NCBI GenBank assembly: GCA_037440825.1 | Contig: JBBITJ010000017.1 | Span: 1 to 18,141 of the forward strand | Direction of reading: 5' to 3' | DNA: 18,141 nt | From: Candidatus Micrarchaeota archaeon | Lineage (GTDB): Archaea; Micrarchaeota; Micrarchaeia; Anstonellales; Bilamarchaeaceae | Part shown: positions 1 through 7,939 of the stretch, piece by piece | How the letters are laid out: each line of letters starts with the position of its first letter | Position numbering within the stretch: position 1 is the first letter of the stretch | Program-made: the position numbers and the translations under genes | The notes under the pieces: model-generated | What the model saw: the letters and a program-made list of their open reading frames with translations, nothing else | Databases searched by the model: none | What the model was told of the DNA's origin: nothing

Positions 1-37
1 CCGCATCCACCGTTCCTTCACGAATAATCTTTTGCAT
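1..37 (-). CDS. 5' end of a gene running off the left edge (MQKIIREGTVDA...)
   Basis: ATG at 37 on the minus strand with a GGTGAT RBS at 42-47; frame is open to the window edge. Too short to identify. Confidence 0.55.
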   Translation of the reverse strand, partial: MQKIIREGTVDA

Positions 38-129
38 CCTTATCACCATTTGTTTTTTGTTTTTCAACGCTGCAGCTGAAGCTGGAAATTTCGCAGAAAT
101 TGTCAGGGGGAAATAAGATGGCTGGCTGG

Positions 130-198
130 CTAAGCCAATACAGGCACGGCAGCTACGCTGGCTGAAAGAAGAAGTGTGGATGTTTCAACGCATGCCAT
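130..198 (-). CDS. Putative 22-aa leader peptide MACVETSTLLLSASVAAVPVLA
   Basis: ATG at 198, TAG at 130-132; AT-rich TATA-like TTTTTTAAT about 25 nt upstream; CTT-CTT-CTT Leu run; pyrimidine tract after the stop. Confidence 0.35.
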   Translation of the reverse strand: MACVETSTLLLSASVAAVPVLA

Positions 199-229
199 GA
201 TTAGATTGGATGGGGAAAGGATTAAAAAA

Positions 230-721
230 TTACTTAATAAGCCCGAGCTTCGCCTCAAGCGCCTTTTTCTCGCTCTCGCTCAGGAATGCGTTGTTCTTGA
301 AGAACGCGGAGTAGAAATCCTTCAGGAGCGAGGAGGTCTTCGCCTTGTCCAGCGAATAGGCGAGCCGGAGGTGCTTCCGGCTGCCCGGATCGTCGAGGAA
401 CATCAGGCACATGAAAGCGAGGAAATGGGATTCCGCGTCATCCTTGAGCTTGAGCGACTCTTCCAAGCACTCGAATGCTGATTTGTAGTCCAGCGTCTCC
501 ATGAGCACGAGCGCCTTCACCTTCAGGTAGTCGGGATCGCGCTTGGACATGAGGGCGCGCTCCAGCATCTCCAGCGCATGGTCGTAGCTCCTGAGCTTGT
601 AGGAAACGACTGCGCGGAGGTAGAAGAGGCGGTCGTTTCCGCCCTTGCCCAGCTCAGCGTCCATGAGCTTGCCTGCCTCGGCGTATTTGCCCCTGGCGAG
701 CAGGTTTTCGTAATCGGCCAT
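230..721 (-). CDS. Tetratricopeptide repeat (TPR) protein
   Basis: Repeated helical TPR-like motifs: GKYAEAGKLM, YLRAVVSYKLRSYDHALEMLERAL, KALVLMETLDYKSAFECLEESL. Confidence 0.8.
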   Translation of the reverse strand: MADYENLLARGKYAEAGKLMDAELGKGGNDRLFYLRAVVSYKLRSYDHALEMLERALMSKRDPDYLKVKALVLMETLDYKSAFECLEESLKLKDDAESHFLAFMCLMFLDDPGSRKHLRLAYSLDKAKTSSLLKDFYSAFFKNNAFLSESEKKALEAKLGLIK

Positions 722-835
722 GGCGGATTTTCAGCACGCAAATTAAAAACCGTTTGCTGTTTATTTTGATGGTTTAAAGTGGAAGGTATATAAACGTGTG
801 CAGCTATAAATACCTTTGCAGATATAGTGGTAGAT
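722..835. promoter_or_regulatory. AT-rich divergent promoter region
   Basis: TATATAAA (787-794) and TATAAATA (805-812) between divergent genes. Confidence 0.5.
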
Positions 836-1087
836 ATGAAAGAATTCTTGCAGAAAGCGAAAAAAGCCGAATTGCCGCAGGAGAGGCCGGAGATGAATGG
901 AATACCTAAGCTGGCTTCAGCTGAGCAGAGGCTCGTACAGGAGGCGGTTCCCCGGCTCTCGGACTCGTTCAGGAGCGGATTGCTGAACGGCGAGATTTCC
1001 AGGTACGGCGGAATAGAGGACAACAGGGTTTTGCGCACCAATTTCGAATTCGCACTCAATGGAATAATAGAAAAGAAGCAGGCTTAA
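836..1087 (+). CDS. Small hypothetical protein (83 aa from ATG 836)
   Basis: ORF fills the gap, with upstream TATA, a GTGGT RBS-like motif and protein-like composition; no family recognised. Confidence 0.65.
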   Translation: MKEFLQKAKKAELPQERPEMNGIPKLASAEQRLVQEAVPRLSDSFRSGLLNGEISRYGGIEDNRVLRTNFEFALNGIIEKKQA

Positions 1088-1109
1088 TTTCGTCTTATTT
1101 CTGGCGCAG

Positions 1110-1151
1110 CCCTGAACAGGGAACTGAAGGCTGGGAACCACAAACTAAGCT
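1110..1151 (+). repeat. Degenerate heptamer array
   Basis: CCCTGAA CAGGGAA CTGAAGG CTGGGAA CCACAAA CTAAGCT, between convergent genes. Confidence 0.7.
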
Positions 1152-1161
1152 ACTGGACTGC

Positions 1162-2115
1162 CTACTCCAGCTCTATGGTGGCCGGCGGCTTGTTGGTTAT
1201 GTCGTAGGCCACGCGCCCCACTTCCCGTATCTCGTTCGTGATCCTTGTTGAAATGGTCTGGAGCACTTCGGCAGGGATGTGCGAGAAGTTCGCGGTCATT
1301 CCGTCCAGGCTTTTCACTGCCCTTACAACTATTGTGTATTTGTATGAGCGCTCGTCGCCCTTCACGCCCACGGTTTTGGACGGGAGGAGGGCTGCGAAAT
1401 ACTGCCATGGCTTCTCCATCTTCCCTTCCGCGCTGGCATTGTCAATTTCCTGCTCCACTATCGCGCAGGCCTCGCGCACTATGTGCAGCTTGTCCTCAGA
1501 TACCTCTCCTACCACGCGCACCGCGAGCCCGGGGCCCGGGAACGGCTGCCTCTCGTAAACATAGCGCGGAAGCCCGAGCGACTTGCCGACCATGCGCACC
1601 TCGTGCTTGTAGAGCTCCCTGAGAGGTTCGCAGAGCTTGAGCCCCATGTCCTTGGGCAGCCCTGCGACGTTGTGGTGGCTCTTTATAGTGTCCCTTCCAT
1701 GACCTCCGCTCTCTATCCAGTCCGGGGCGATAGTGCCCTGCACCAGGAACGTGGCGCCGCTCGCCTTTGCCTCGTGCTCGAAAACGCGTATGAACATCTC
1801 GCCCATGATTTTCCTTTTCTTCTCCGGCTCGTCAGCGCCTTTCAAAGCGGAAAGGAACCGGTCCTTTGCATCCACCACTTTGAGGTGGATACCCACTTCG
1901 TCAGCAGCCGCCTTCACCTTCTTCGCCTCGTCCTTGCGCATGCAGCCCGTATCCACGAAAACTGCCTGCAGGTCTATCCCGGATTTGGCGCACAGTGCTG
2001 CAGCTACGAAGCTGTCCACCCCTCCGGAAAGCGCGATTACCGCCTTTTCCTTTCCCACCAGGGATTTGATGTTTTTTTCAGCTGAAAGGATAAATTTGTC
2101 TGGGCTGAAGGGCAT
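1162..2115 (-). CDS. guaAB: GMP synthase (glutamine-hydrolysing) subunit B, ATP pyrophosphatase
   Basis: SGGVDS PP-loop, KRKIMG, LVQGTIAPDWIES, IKSHHNV, RQPFPGPGLAVR, YDITNKPPATIE; no fused glutaminase domain (split archaeal type). Confidence 0.97.
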   Translation of the reverse strand: MPFSPDKFILSAEKNIKSLVGKEKAVIALSGGVDSFVAAALCAKSGIDLQAVFVDTGCMRKDEAKKVKAAADEVGIHLKVVDAKDRFLSALKGADEPEKKRKIMGEMFIRVFEHEAKASGATFLVQGTIAPDWIESGGHGRDTIKSHHNVAGLPKDMGLKLCEPLRELYKHEVRMVGKSLGLPRYVYERQPFPGPGLAVRVVGEVSEDKLHIVREACAIVEQEIDNASAEGKMEKPWQYFAALLPSKTVGVKGDERSYKYTIVVRAVKSLDGMTANFSHIPAEVLQTISTRITNEIREVGRVAYDITNKPPATIELE

Positions 2116-2124
2116 AAAACAACC

Positions 2125-3567
2125 TCATGCAAGAAGCTTTTTCGCGGCATATGCGCTGAGAAGCCCGCCGCATTCCTTCATTAGCTCCGCGCCTTTATAT
2201 AATTTTGCGTATCTCACGGAAGAGAGGTGCGACGGCGCTGGAAGGGCGCGGATTTTCCCGAGCATTTCAGGCACCGTGCGCTCAGCCCTGCTCACGGCTA
2301 CGGCGAGCCTGCCTGCGTGGATGAAAGCGCCCTTGTGCTGCGCGGAGAATTTTTCGCAGTCCTTCGCGAAGTGGAGGGGCGGACCGTAAATTATCCTCTT
2401 TGCTGGAAGCGGCTCGTCCAGCACCTCGAAAATGATGGATATTGCTTCTCCCTGCCTGTCCATCGCGTGGCCGATGGTTTCGAAGCCCTCCTTTTTCAGC
2501 GCGGCTTCGAGAGTGGAATAGAACCTGCGCACCTGCCCCCAGAGCACGTCGTCCACGAGGAAAGGGGCTGCGAAGGAGAGGCAATAGAGATGCCTCCCTT
2601 TCAGGAACGAGCGCAGTTGAGCGGAATCGAATGCCCTCTTCTCAAAGAACGCGGCCTTTTTCCTTGATTTGAGGAATATGCGGCTGAGCGCGATGAGCGA
2701 GAAGTAGTTTTCCCTGCTGACAACTGCTGAGACGTTCCTTTCTGGATCAACAGGGTCTATGAAAACGAGGGGCGAATCGAATTTCGCAAGCAGTTCTTGA
2801 CTGGAAACAGGGAACTGGGAACCGCCTGTTGATTTCCGGATTGGACCATCTGCGGATTCATTGATGCTGAGGGCCGTGCGCTCGCCCCATTGGGAAATGG
2901 ATTTCAGCGCACCATAGAAAGTGCCGTATTTGAGTATGAGGAGCTCGCACAAATAGCCGGAAAAGCCCTGCACCTTTATCTCCGCGCCGTAGAGGCCGTT
3001 GGCTTTCAGGAATTTCTTCAGGAGCCGCACCTCGTCCTTCTGCCTGGAAGACATGTTTGCGAGCACGTATTCCGTGTGGAGCTGGCTGCGGTCCACTGCG
3101 CTCCTTAATTCGAAATGCCTGCCTTCGCCTATTTCGTATGCAGGAACTACATCTATCTTCCTCCCTTCGAGGAAGAGGCGCACGTAGGGGTGCTGGGCGT
3201 AGGATATCTGATATAATGGAGTAGATGAAGCTGCAGGGGTTTTGGATTTCCTGTTTCCGGTTCCGGGTTTCGAAACGCGAAACTCTGAACTCGAGGCTTC
3301 TCTTGCGCCGAATGCATTCTCGACCGCGGCCCTGACTATTCCTTCCAGCGCCTCCTTTTCCACATTGTGCCTGAACAGCACGAAGATGTCTATGTCCCTG
3401 TCGCCTTCCAAATAGGTGCCTTTGGCGAAAGAGCCTGCGAGCACGACCTTCTCGCCCCTGAGCTGGGAGCGCAGCTTCGCGAGCACGGAATCTATGAACC
3501 TGCGCTCCGCCGCTTCGCTGCCTTTCGCGGGCCTTATGCGGCTGAGCACGGAACCGAAGGAATCCAT
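2125..3567 (-). CDS. cca: Archaeal class I CCA-adding enzyme (tRNA nucleotidyltransferase) with two loop insertions
   Basis: GSFAKGTYLEGDRDIDIF, YAQHPY, IDVVP, SAVDRS, EVRLLKKFLK, YGAEIKVQGFSGYLCELL, DPVDPERNVSA. Confidence 0.96.
   Translation of the reverse strand: MDSFGSVLSRIRPAKGSEAAERRFIDSVLAKLRSQLRGEKVVLAGSFAKGTYLEGDRDIDIFVLFRHNVEKEALEGIVRAAVENAFGAREASSSEFRVSKPGTGNRKSKTPAASSTPLYQISYAQHPYVRLFLEGRKIDVVPAYEIGEGRHFELRSAVDRSQLHTEYVLANMSSRQKDEVRLLKKFLKANGLYGAEIKVQGFSGYLCELLILKYGTFYGALKSISQWGERTALSINESADGPIRKSTGGSQFPVSSQELLAKFDSPLVFIDPVDPERNVSAVVSRENYFSLIALSRIFLKSRKKAAFFEKRAFDSAQLRSFLKGRHLYCLSFAAPFLVDDVLWGQVRRFYSTLEAALKKEGFETIGHAMDRQGEAISIIFEVLDEPLPAKRIIYGPPLHFAKDCEKFSAQHKGAFIHAGRLAVAVSRAERTVPEMLGKIRALPAPSHLSSVRYAKLYKGAELMKECGGLLSAYAAKKLLA
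2801..2821 (+). repeat. Heptamer array inside cca (in frame)
   Basis: CTGGAAA CAGGGAA CTGGGAA = 21 nt; encodes part of GSQFPVSS. Confidence 0.7.
3240..3296. repeat. Mirrored heptamer element inside cca (in frame)
   Basis: TTTTGGA TTTCCTG TTTCCGG TTCCGGG TTTCGAAA CGCGAAA CTCTGAA CTCGAGG; 3265-3284 is the exact reverse complement of intergenic 16682-16701. Confidence 0.85.
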
Positions 3568-3612
3568 GAATAGAAAAACTGGGGCAACCTTTTAAATGGT
3601 ATAATCCGAATT
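3568..3612. promoter_or_regulatory. Compact bidirectional promoter (probably leaderless transcripts)
   Basis: TTTTAAAT at 3590-3597 inside a 45-bp gap between divergent ATGs. Confidence 0.5.
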
Positions 3613-5892
3613 ATGGCCATGCGACGGTTCACATCAGTAGCGTTAGTCTTCCTGCTGCTGTTTTCCTTAGGCTGCGTCGCGGAAAAGGACGTGAGCGTTC
3701 CGGAGAACGAGAAGGTGCTTTCGGCTAGCGCCGGAGATCTGGACCTGGACACGGTTACCGACTCCAAGAAATACGTGTTCAGACCGCTCATAATAGACGC
3801 CGGCCAGAATATAATGATGCAGAAGTCCGTGAGCGCTGCGCAGATAGGCACCGAGCTGAACGTGAAGAGCACCAAGGCGCTCAGCCCCAACGACGTCTCG
3901 AGGCTGGAGACGCTCATACTCGAATTCGAGAACGGGAAGAAGGAGAAGGAGCGGCAGTGCAAAGATGAGCTGGGCATAAGCGGGGCCATGTGCGCCAGCC
4001 CTGCGGAATGCGCCGAAGGCTGCAAGAGCGCAGGCTGCCAGAAATACGGCTACGCGAGCGAGGCTCTGGGCTACTGGATATACAAGTTCGGGAAGGACCT
4101 GCAGGCGCTCTCGGACTACGTCAGCGACATGCGCAACCTCATGATCATCATAAAGGACGCCACTCCGCAGGAGAAGGAGGTGATAATGAAGAAGCTCAAC
4201 TCCATCCTGGACAAGACCATAGAGATAAACAACAATCCCCTCCTGAGCGAGAACATGTTCGCGGTGTGCGCGCCCATAGACTACAATAACAATAAGATAA
4301 AGGAAATGCTGACGATAATGGGGCAGTACGAACGCGTGCCTTCCGCGTACGAGTACGTAGTGAACGTGAAGTTCGTGGTGAGCGGCAAGGATTACACCGA
4401 GCTGCAGGTCACGGACAGCGTCCCGCAGGCGATGCTGCTCACGCTCCAGAACATATCGCTCGTGGACAAGGGAAGCGGCTACGACAGAGAGAAGAACGAG
4501 ATAAGCTGGGAGCCGCTCAAGCTCAACTTCTACCCGGAATACATAATCGGCTATTCGTTCGTGAGCAGCCAGAACATGCGCGAGGACATATTCGCGAACT
4601 GGCCCACCCCGAGGGTGAGCACCAGGGTGATTTCGCTTTCCAAGAGCCCCACGCTCTCCTACCTCTACGAAGCGAGCAAGAACATATATGGCATAACCAG
4701 GGTGCTCGGCTACTACCCTGCGCTCGCGATCGTGCTGGGGTTCTGGGACATACTGTTCTTTTCCGCGCTCTTCGTAGGGCGGATAGGGTACGCTTTCATA
4801 CAGGCGACGCAATCCAAGACGGGAGTGATGGACAACATAATGAAGGTGTTCGGGGGCGCGAACCCCCATTGGAGGGAATACGCGATAGCGTACGTAGTCT
4901 TCATAGTGCTCGGGTACGTGGCGATGTTCATCGGCGCCCCGGTTTCAGAGGACAGCCTGAACGTGGACAGCATAGGCAGGAACATACTCGAGAACCCATT
5001 CGGCGCGCTCTCGCTCCTGTTCTTCTTCCTCTCTTTCCACGCGGCATATTCCATCGCAGAGGACAGGGTGAAGGGTCTCATAGTCGGCAGGAAATATTAC
5101 GAGAACATCATAGACCTCAGCCCCAAGGCGAACAGGCTGAGGTACCAGAAGCTCCAGGAGAAGATGGCCGAACTCACTGCGGTGATAAGCGCCGCGAAGA
5201 ACCTCGACGTGAGTGAGGAGAGGAACGCGCTCATCACGGTTCCGGCGGAGCGCATAGAGGCGATATTGTCCAGGGAAGGCGGGGAGAAGGCGGTGAAGGA
5301 GCTCATAGAGGCGTACACCGCGAAGGTGGAGAACGCGATAGTCCGCGTACACGAGAAGATGAAGATAACCGAGCAGTACTGGCCCGAATGGAAGAAGGAG
5401 ATCGCGGACAAGGTGTCGCAGTGCAACCTCGTCTCGTTCACTTCGCTCACCAACATACCCCCGGAATGGAGGCTGTGGGCCGCGAGTAAGTACGTGGCCG
5501 AGAATCCGGGAGAGGATCTCGTCGTGGAGAACGAGACGATAAAGAGCATGGAGGTCACCCCCGAGGCAAAGGCGGACCACCTGCTGAAGAGGCTGGTGAC
5601 CAACGGTCTTGCAGTGGGAGGAGCGGTGCTGAAACCCGAGGGGATAATGGCCATGAGCTCCAGCGTGGGCAACAAGGCAGTGGAGAGCGTGCTCGCCTGG
5701 AAAGTGTCGAATTACGCCAAGACACTGGGGCAGCGGCTTTTCGGCTCACCGTACAGGGCGATACTCATAGTGGGCTCCAAGAACGCAGTGATATTCGTGA
5801 AGGGCGCGGAGAAGGAAGGGGCTGTGTTCGCCCCGATAGACAAGGTGAAGGACGCGTTCCTGGAATTCGAGGGCAGGCTCAGGAAGATTTGA
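3613..5892 (+). CDS. Large membrane protein: signal peptide, Cys-rich extracellular region, about 3 TM helices, coiled coil, C-terminal Roadblock/LC7-like domain
   Basis: N-terminal RR plus hydrophobic stretch ending LGC; CASPAECAEGCKSAGC; hydrophobic segments mid-protein; C-terminal alpha-beta-beta-alpha-beta-beta-beta-alpha pattern. Domain calls are by eye. Confidence 0.8.
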   Translation: MAMRRFTSVALVFLLLFSLGCVAEKDVSVPENEKVLSASAGDLDLDTVTDSKKYVFRPLIIDAGQNIMMQKSVSAAQIGTELNVKSTKALSPNDVSRLETLILEFENGKKEKERQCKDELGISGAMCASPAECAEGCKSAGCQKYGYASEALGYWIYKFGKDLQALSDYVSDMRNLMIIIKDATPQEKEVIMKKLNSILDKTIEINNNPLLSENMFAVCAPIDYNNNKIKEMLTIMGQYERVPSAYEYVVNVKFVVSGKDYTELQVTDSVPQAMLLTLQNISLVDKGSGYDREKNEISWEPLKLNFYPEYIIGYSFVSSQNMREDIFANWPTPRVSTRVISLSKSPTLSYLYEASKNIYGITRVLGYYPALAIVLGFWDILFFSALFVGRIGYAFIQATQSKTGVMDNIMKVFGGANPHWREYAIAYVVFIVLGYVAMFIGAPVSEDSLNVDSIGRNILENPFGALSLLFFFLSFHAAYSIAEDRVKGLIVGRKYYENIIDLSPKANRLRYQKLQEKMAELTAVISAAKNLDVSEERNALITVPAERIEAILSREGGEKAVKELIEAYTAKVENAIVRVHEKMKITEQYWPEWKKEIADKVSQCNLVSFTSLTNIPPEWRLWAASKYVAENPGEDLVVENETIKSMEVTPEAKADHLLKRLVTNGLAVGGAVLKPEGIMAMSSSVGNKAVESVLAWKVSNYAKTLGQRLFGSPYRAILIVGSKNAVIFVKGAEKEGAVFAPIDKVKDAFLEFEGRLRKI

Positions 5893-5997
5893 ACGCCTGG
5901 AAGAGGCGGAACTGCGGGCGCTGAGCGCACCTTTATTAACCCTCTTGCAGATATAATTTCGGTCAATTTTACGAGATAAAAAACCAACTTTACTAAA

Positions 5998-6017
5998 CCC
6001 GAACTCTGAACGCGAAA
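5998..6017 (+). repeat. Short heptamer array in the gyrB 5' leader
   Basis: CCCGAA CTCTGAA CGCGAAA; the last two units are identical to units in the cca insertion. Confidence 0.6.
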
Positions 6018-6028
6018 CAGTGGTATTG

Positions 6029-7918
6029 ATGGCTGGGGAAAACGATTATACGGCTGAAAGCATCCAGGTCCTGGAAGGGCTGGAAGCGGTGCGCAAAAGG
6101 CCCGCGATGTACATAGGGGACACTGACAAGAAAGGGCTCCACCACCTCGTTTACGAGATAGTGGACAACAGCATAGACGAGGCGCTCGCAGGGTTCGCGA
6201 AGAACGTGGAAGTGGTGCTGAAGCCTGACGGAAGCTGCACTGTGCGCGACGACGGAAGAGGGATTCCGACTGAAAAACACAGCATGGGCAAGAGCGCGCT
6301 GGAAGTGGTCACCACGGTTCTGCATGCAGGAGGGAAATTCGAGAAGAAGGCGTACAAGGTGTCCGGAGGGCTGCACGGCGTGGGGATTTCCGTAGTCAAC
6401 GCGCTCGCGGAGTGGATGGAAGCGGAAGTCCATCGCAACGGGAAGATTTACAGACAGAGGTACGCGAGGGGAATCCCTACAACCGCTGTGGAGGAAATAG
6501 GGGAAACCGGCTACCGCGGAACCATAGTCAGGTTCAAGCCGGACGCGCAGATATTCTCGAATACGGAATTCGACTACGAGACGATAAAAGAGCGGCTGAA
6601 GGAGCTCGCGTTCCTGAACAGGGGCGTGCGCATAGGGATAAAGGACGAGCGCGCTAACCTCGAGGAAATTTTCTTCTTCGAAGGTGGCATAATCCAGTTC
6701 GTGGAGCACCTGAACAAGGCGAGGAACAAGCTCCATCACCCCATCTATTTCCACAAGGAAGTGGGCAACATAGAGGCAGAGGTGGCATTCCAGTACACGG
6801 ACGCGTACAGCGAGATGATATACTCGTTCGTGAACGACATCAAGACAATTGACGGTGGGACGCACGTGAGCGGGTTCAGGACCGGGCTCACGAGGGTGCT
6901 CAACGACTATGGGGAGGAGAACAAGATCATAAAAGACGGAAAGAAGATCAGCGGCGAGGACGCAGTGGAAGGCATCACTGCGGTCGTGAGCGTCAAGGTC
7001 CCCGAGCCGCAGTTCGAAGGCCAGACTAAGGGCAAGCTGGGCAACAGCGAAGTCAAGGGATATATGGACAGCTTCTTCTCCGCTGCATTCAAGCAGTACC
7101 TTGAGGAGAACCCGCAGATTGCGAAGACGATACTTGCGAAGTGCATGAGCGCGATGGAAGCGCGCGAAGCTGCGCAGAAGGCGAAAGACCTCATAAGGAG
7201 GAAGAGCATATTCGAATCCAGCGTGCTTCCTGGAAAACTGGCGGACTGCATCGAGGAGGATCCGGCCAAGAGCGAGCTGTTCATAGTGGAGGGCGATTCG
7301 GCAGGCGGCTCTTCGAAGCAGGGCAGGAACAGGCAGACACAGGCGGTGTTGCCCCTTAAGGGAAAAATTTTGAATGTTGAGAAGGCGCCGCTCAACAAAA
7401 TTTTGATGAGCAAAGAGATACGCAATGTGGTGCTCGCGCTCGGCACGGGGTTCGGGAACGAGTTCGACCCCAAGAAACTGAGATACCACAAGATAGTGAT
7501 AATGACTGATGCGGACGTGGACGGTTCGCACATACGCACGCTGCTGCTCACGCTTTTCTACAGGCATTTCAAGCCGCTCATAGAGAACGGCCACATATAC
7601 GCGGCCATGCCGCCCCTTTACAGGATAAAGAAGGGGAAGAACGAGAAATACGTGTACAACGAGGAGCAGCTCGCGAAGGAGGTGGCTGCATTAGGGGGGG
7701 ATGTGGAAATACAGCGCTACAAGGGTCTCGGAGAGATGAACGCCCAGCAGCTGTGGGAGACCACGATGAATCCCGAGACGAGGACGCTCAAGAAAATAAC
7801 CGTGGATGACGCGATGAAGGCTGACGAGATGTTCGCCCTCCTGATGGGAGATGCCGTTGAGCCCCGCCGCGCGTTCATAGAGCAGTACGCGAGGGAAGTG
7901 AAGAACCTCGACATCTAG
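6029..7918 (+). CDS. gyrB: DNA gyrase subunit B
   Basis: YTAESIQVLEGLEAVRKRPAMYIG, EIVDNSIDE, DDGRGIP, GGLHGVG, PGKLADC, VEGDSAGG, PLKGKILNV, MTDADVDG, QRYKGLGEMN, C-terminal NLDI. ATG 6029 follows a GTGGT RBS-like motif. Confidence 0.96.
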   Translation: MAGENDYTAESIQVLEGLEAVRKRPAMYIGDTDKKGLHHLVYEIVDNSIDEALAGFAKNVEVVLKPDGSCTVRDDGRGIPTEKHSMGKSALEVVTTVLHAGGKFEKKAYKVSGGLHGVGISVVNALAEWMEAEVHRNGKIYRQRYARGIPTTAVEEIGETGYRGTIVRFKPDAQIFSNTEFDYETIKERLKELAFLNRGVRIGIKDERANLEEIFFFEGGIIQFVEHLNKARNKLHHPIYFHKEVGNIEAEVAFQYTDAYSEMIYSFVNDIKTIDGGTHVSGFRTGLTRVLNDYGEENKIIKDGKKISGEDAVEGITAVVSVKVPEPQFEGQTKGKLGNSEVKGYMDSFFSAAFKQYLEENPQIAKTILAKCMSAMEAREAAQKAKDLIRRKSIFESSVLPGKLADCIEEDPAKSELFIVEGDSAGGSSKQGRNRQTQAVLPLKGKILNVEKAPLNKILMSKEIRNVVLALGTGFGNEFDPKKLRYHKIVIMTDADVDGSHIRTLLLTLFYRHFKPLIENGHIYAAMPPLYRIKKGKNEKYVYNEEQLAKEVAALGGDVEIQRYKGLGEMNAQQLWETTMNPETRTLKKITVDDAMKADEMFALLMGDAVEPRRAFIEQYAREVKNLDI

Positions 7919-7939
7919 CAAATAGCTGGACGCAAACCG

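Noticed and set aside
3215..3305. cca insertion as an intein or canonical bulge-helix-bulge intron
   Set aside because: Too short for an intein and lacks C/S...HN ends; I could not identify a bulge-helix-bulge motif, and the frame is open.
3667..4869. 400-aa minus-strand ORF
   Set aside because: Antisense shadow of the membrane protein gene; V/L/H/R-rich composition typical of the reverse frame in GC3-rich genes.
5993..7594. 533-aa minus-strand ORF
   Set aside because: Antisense shadow of gyrB.
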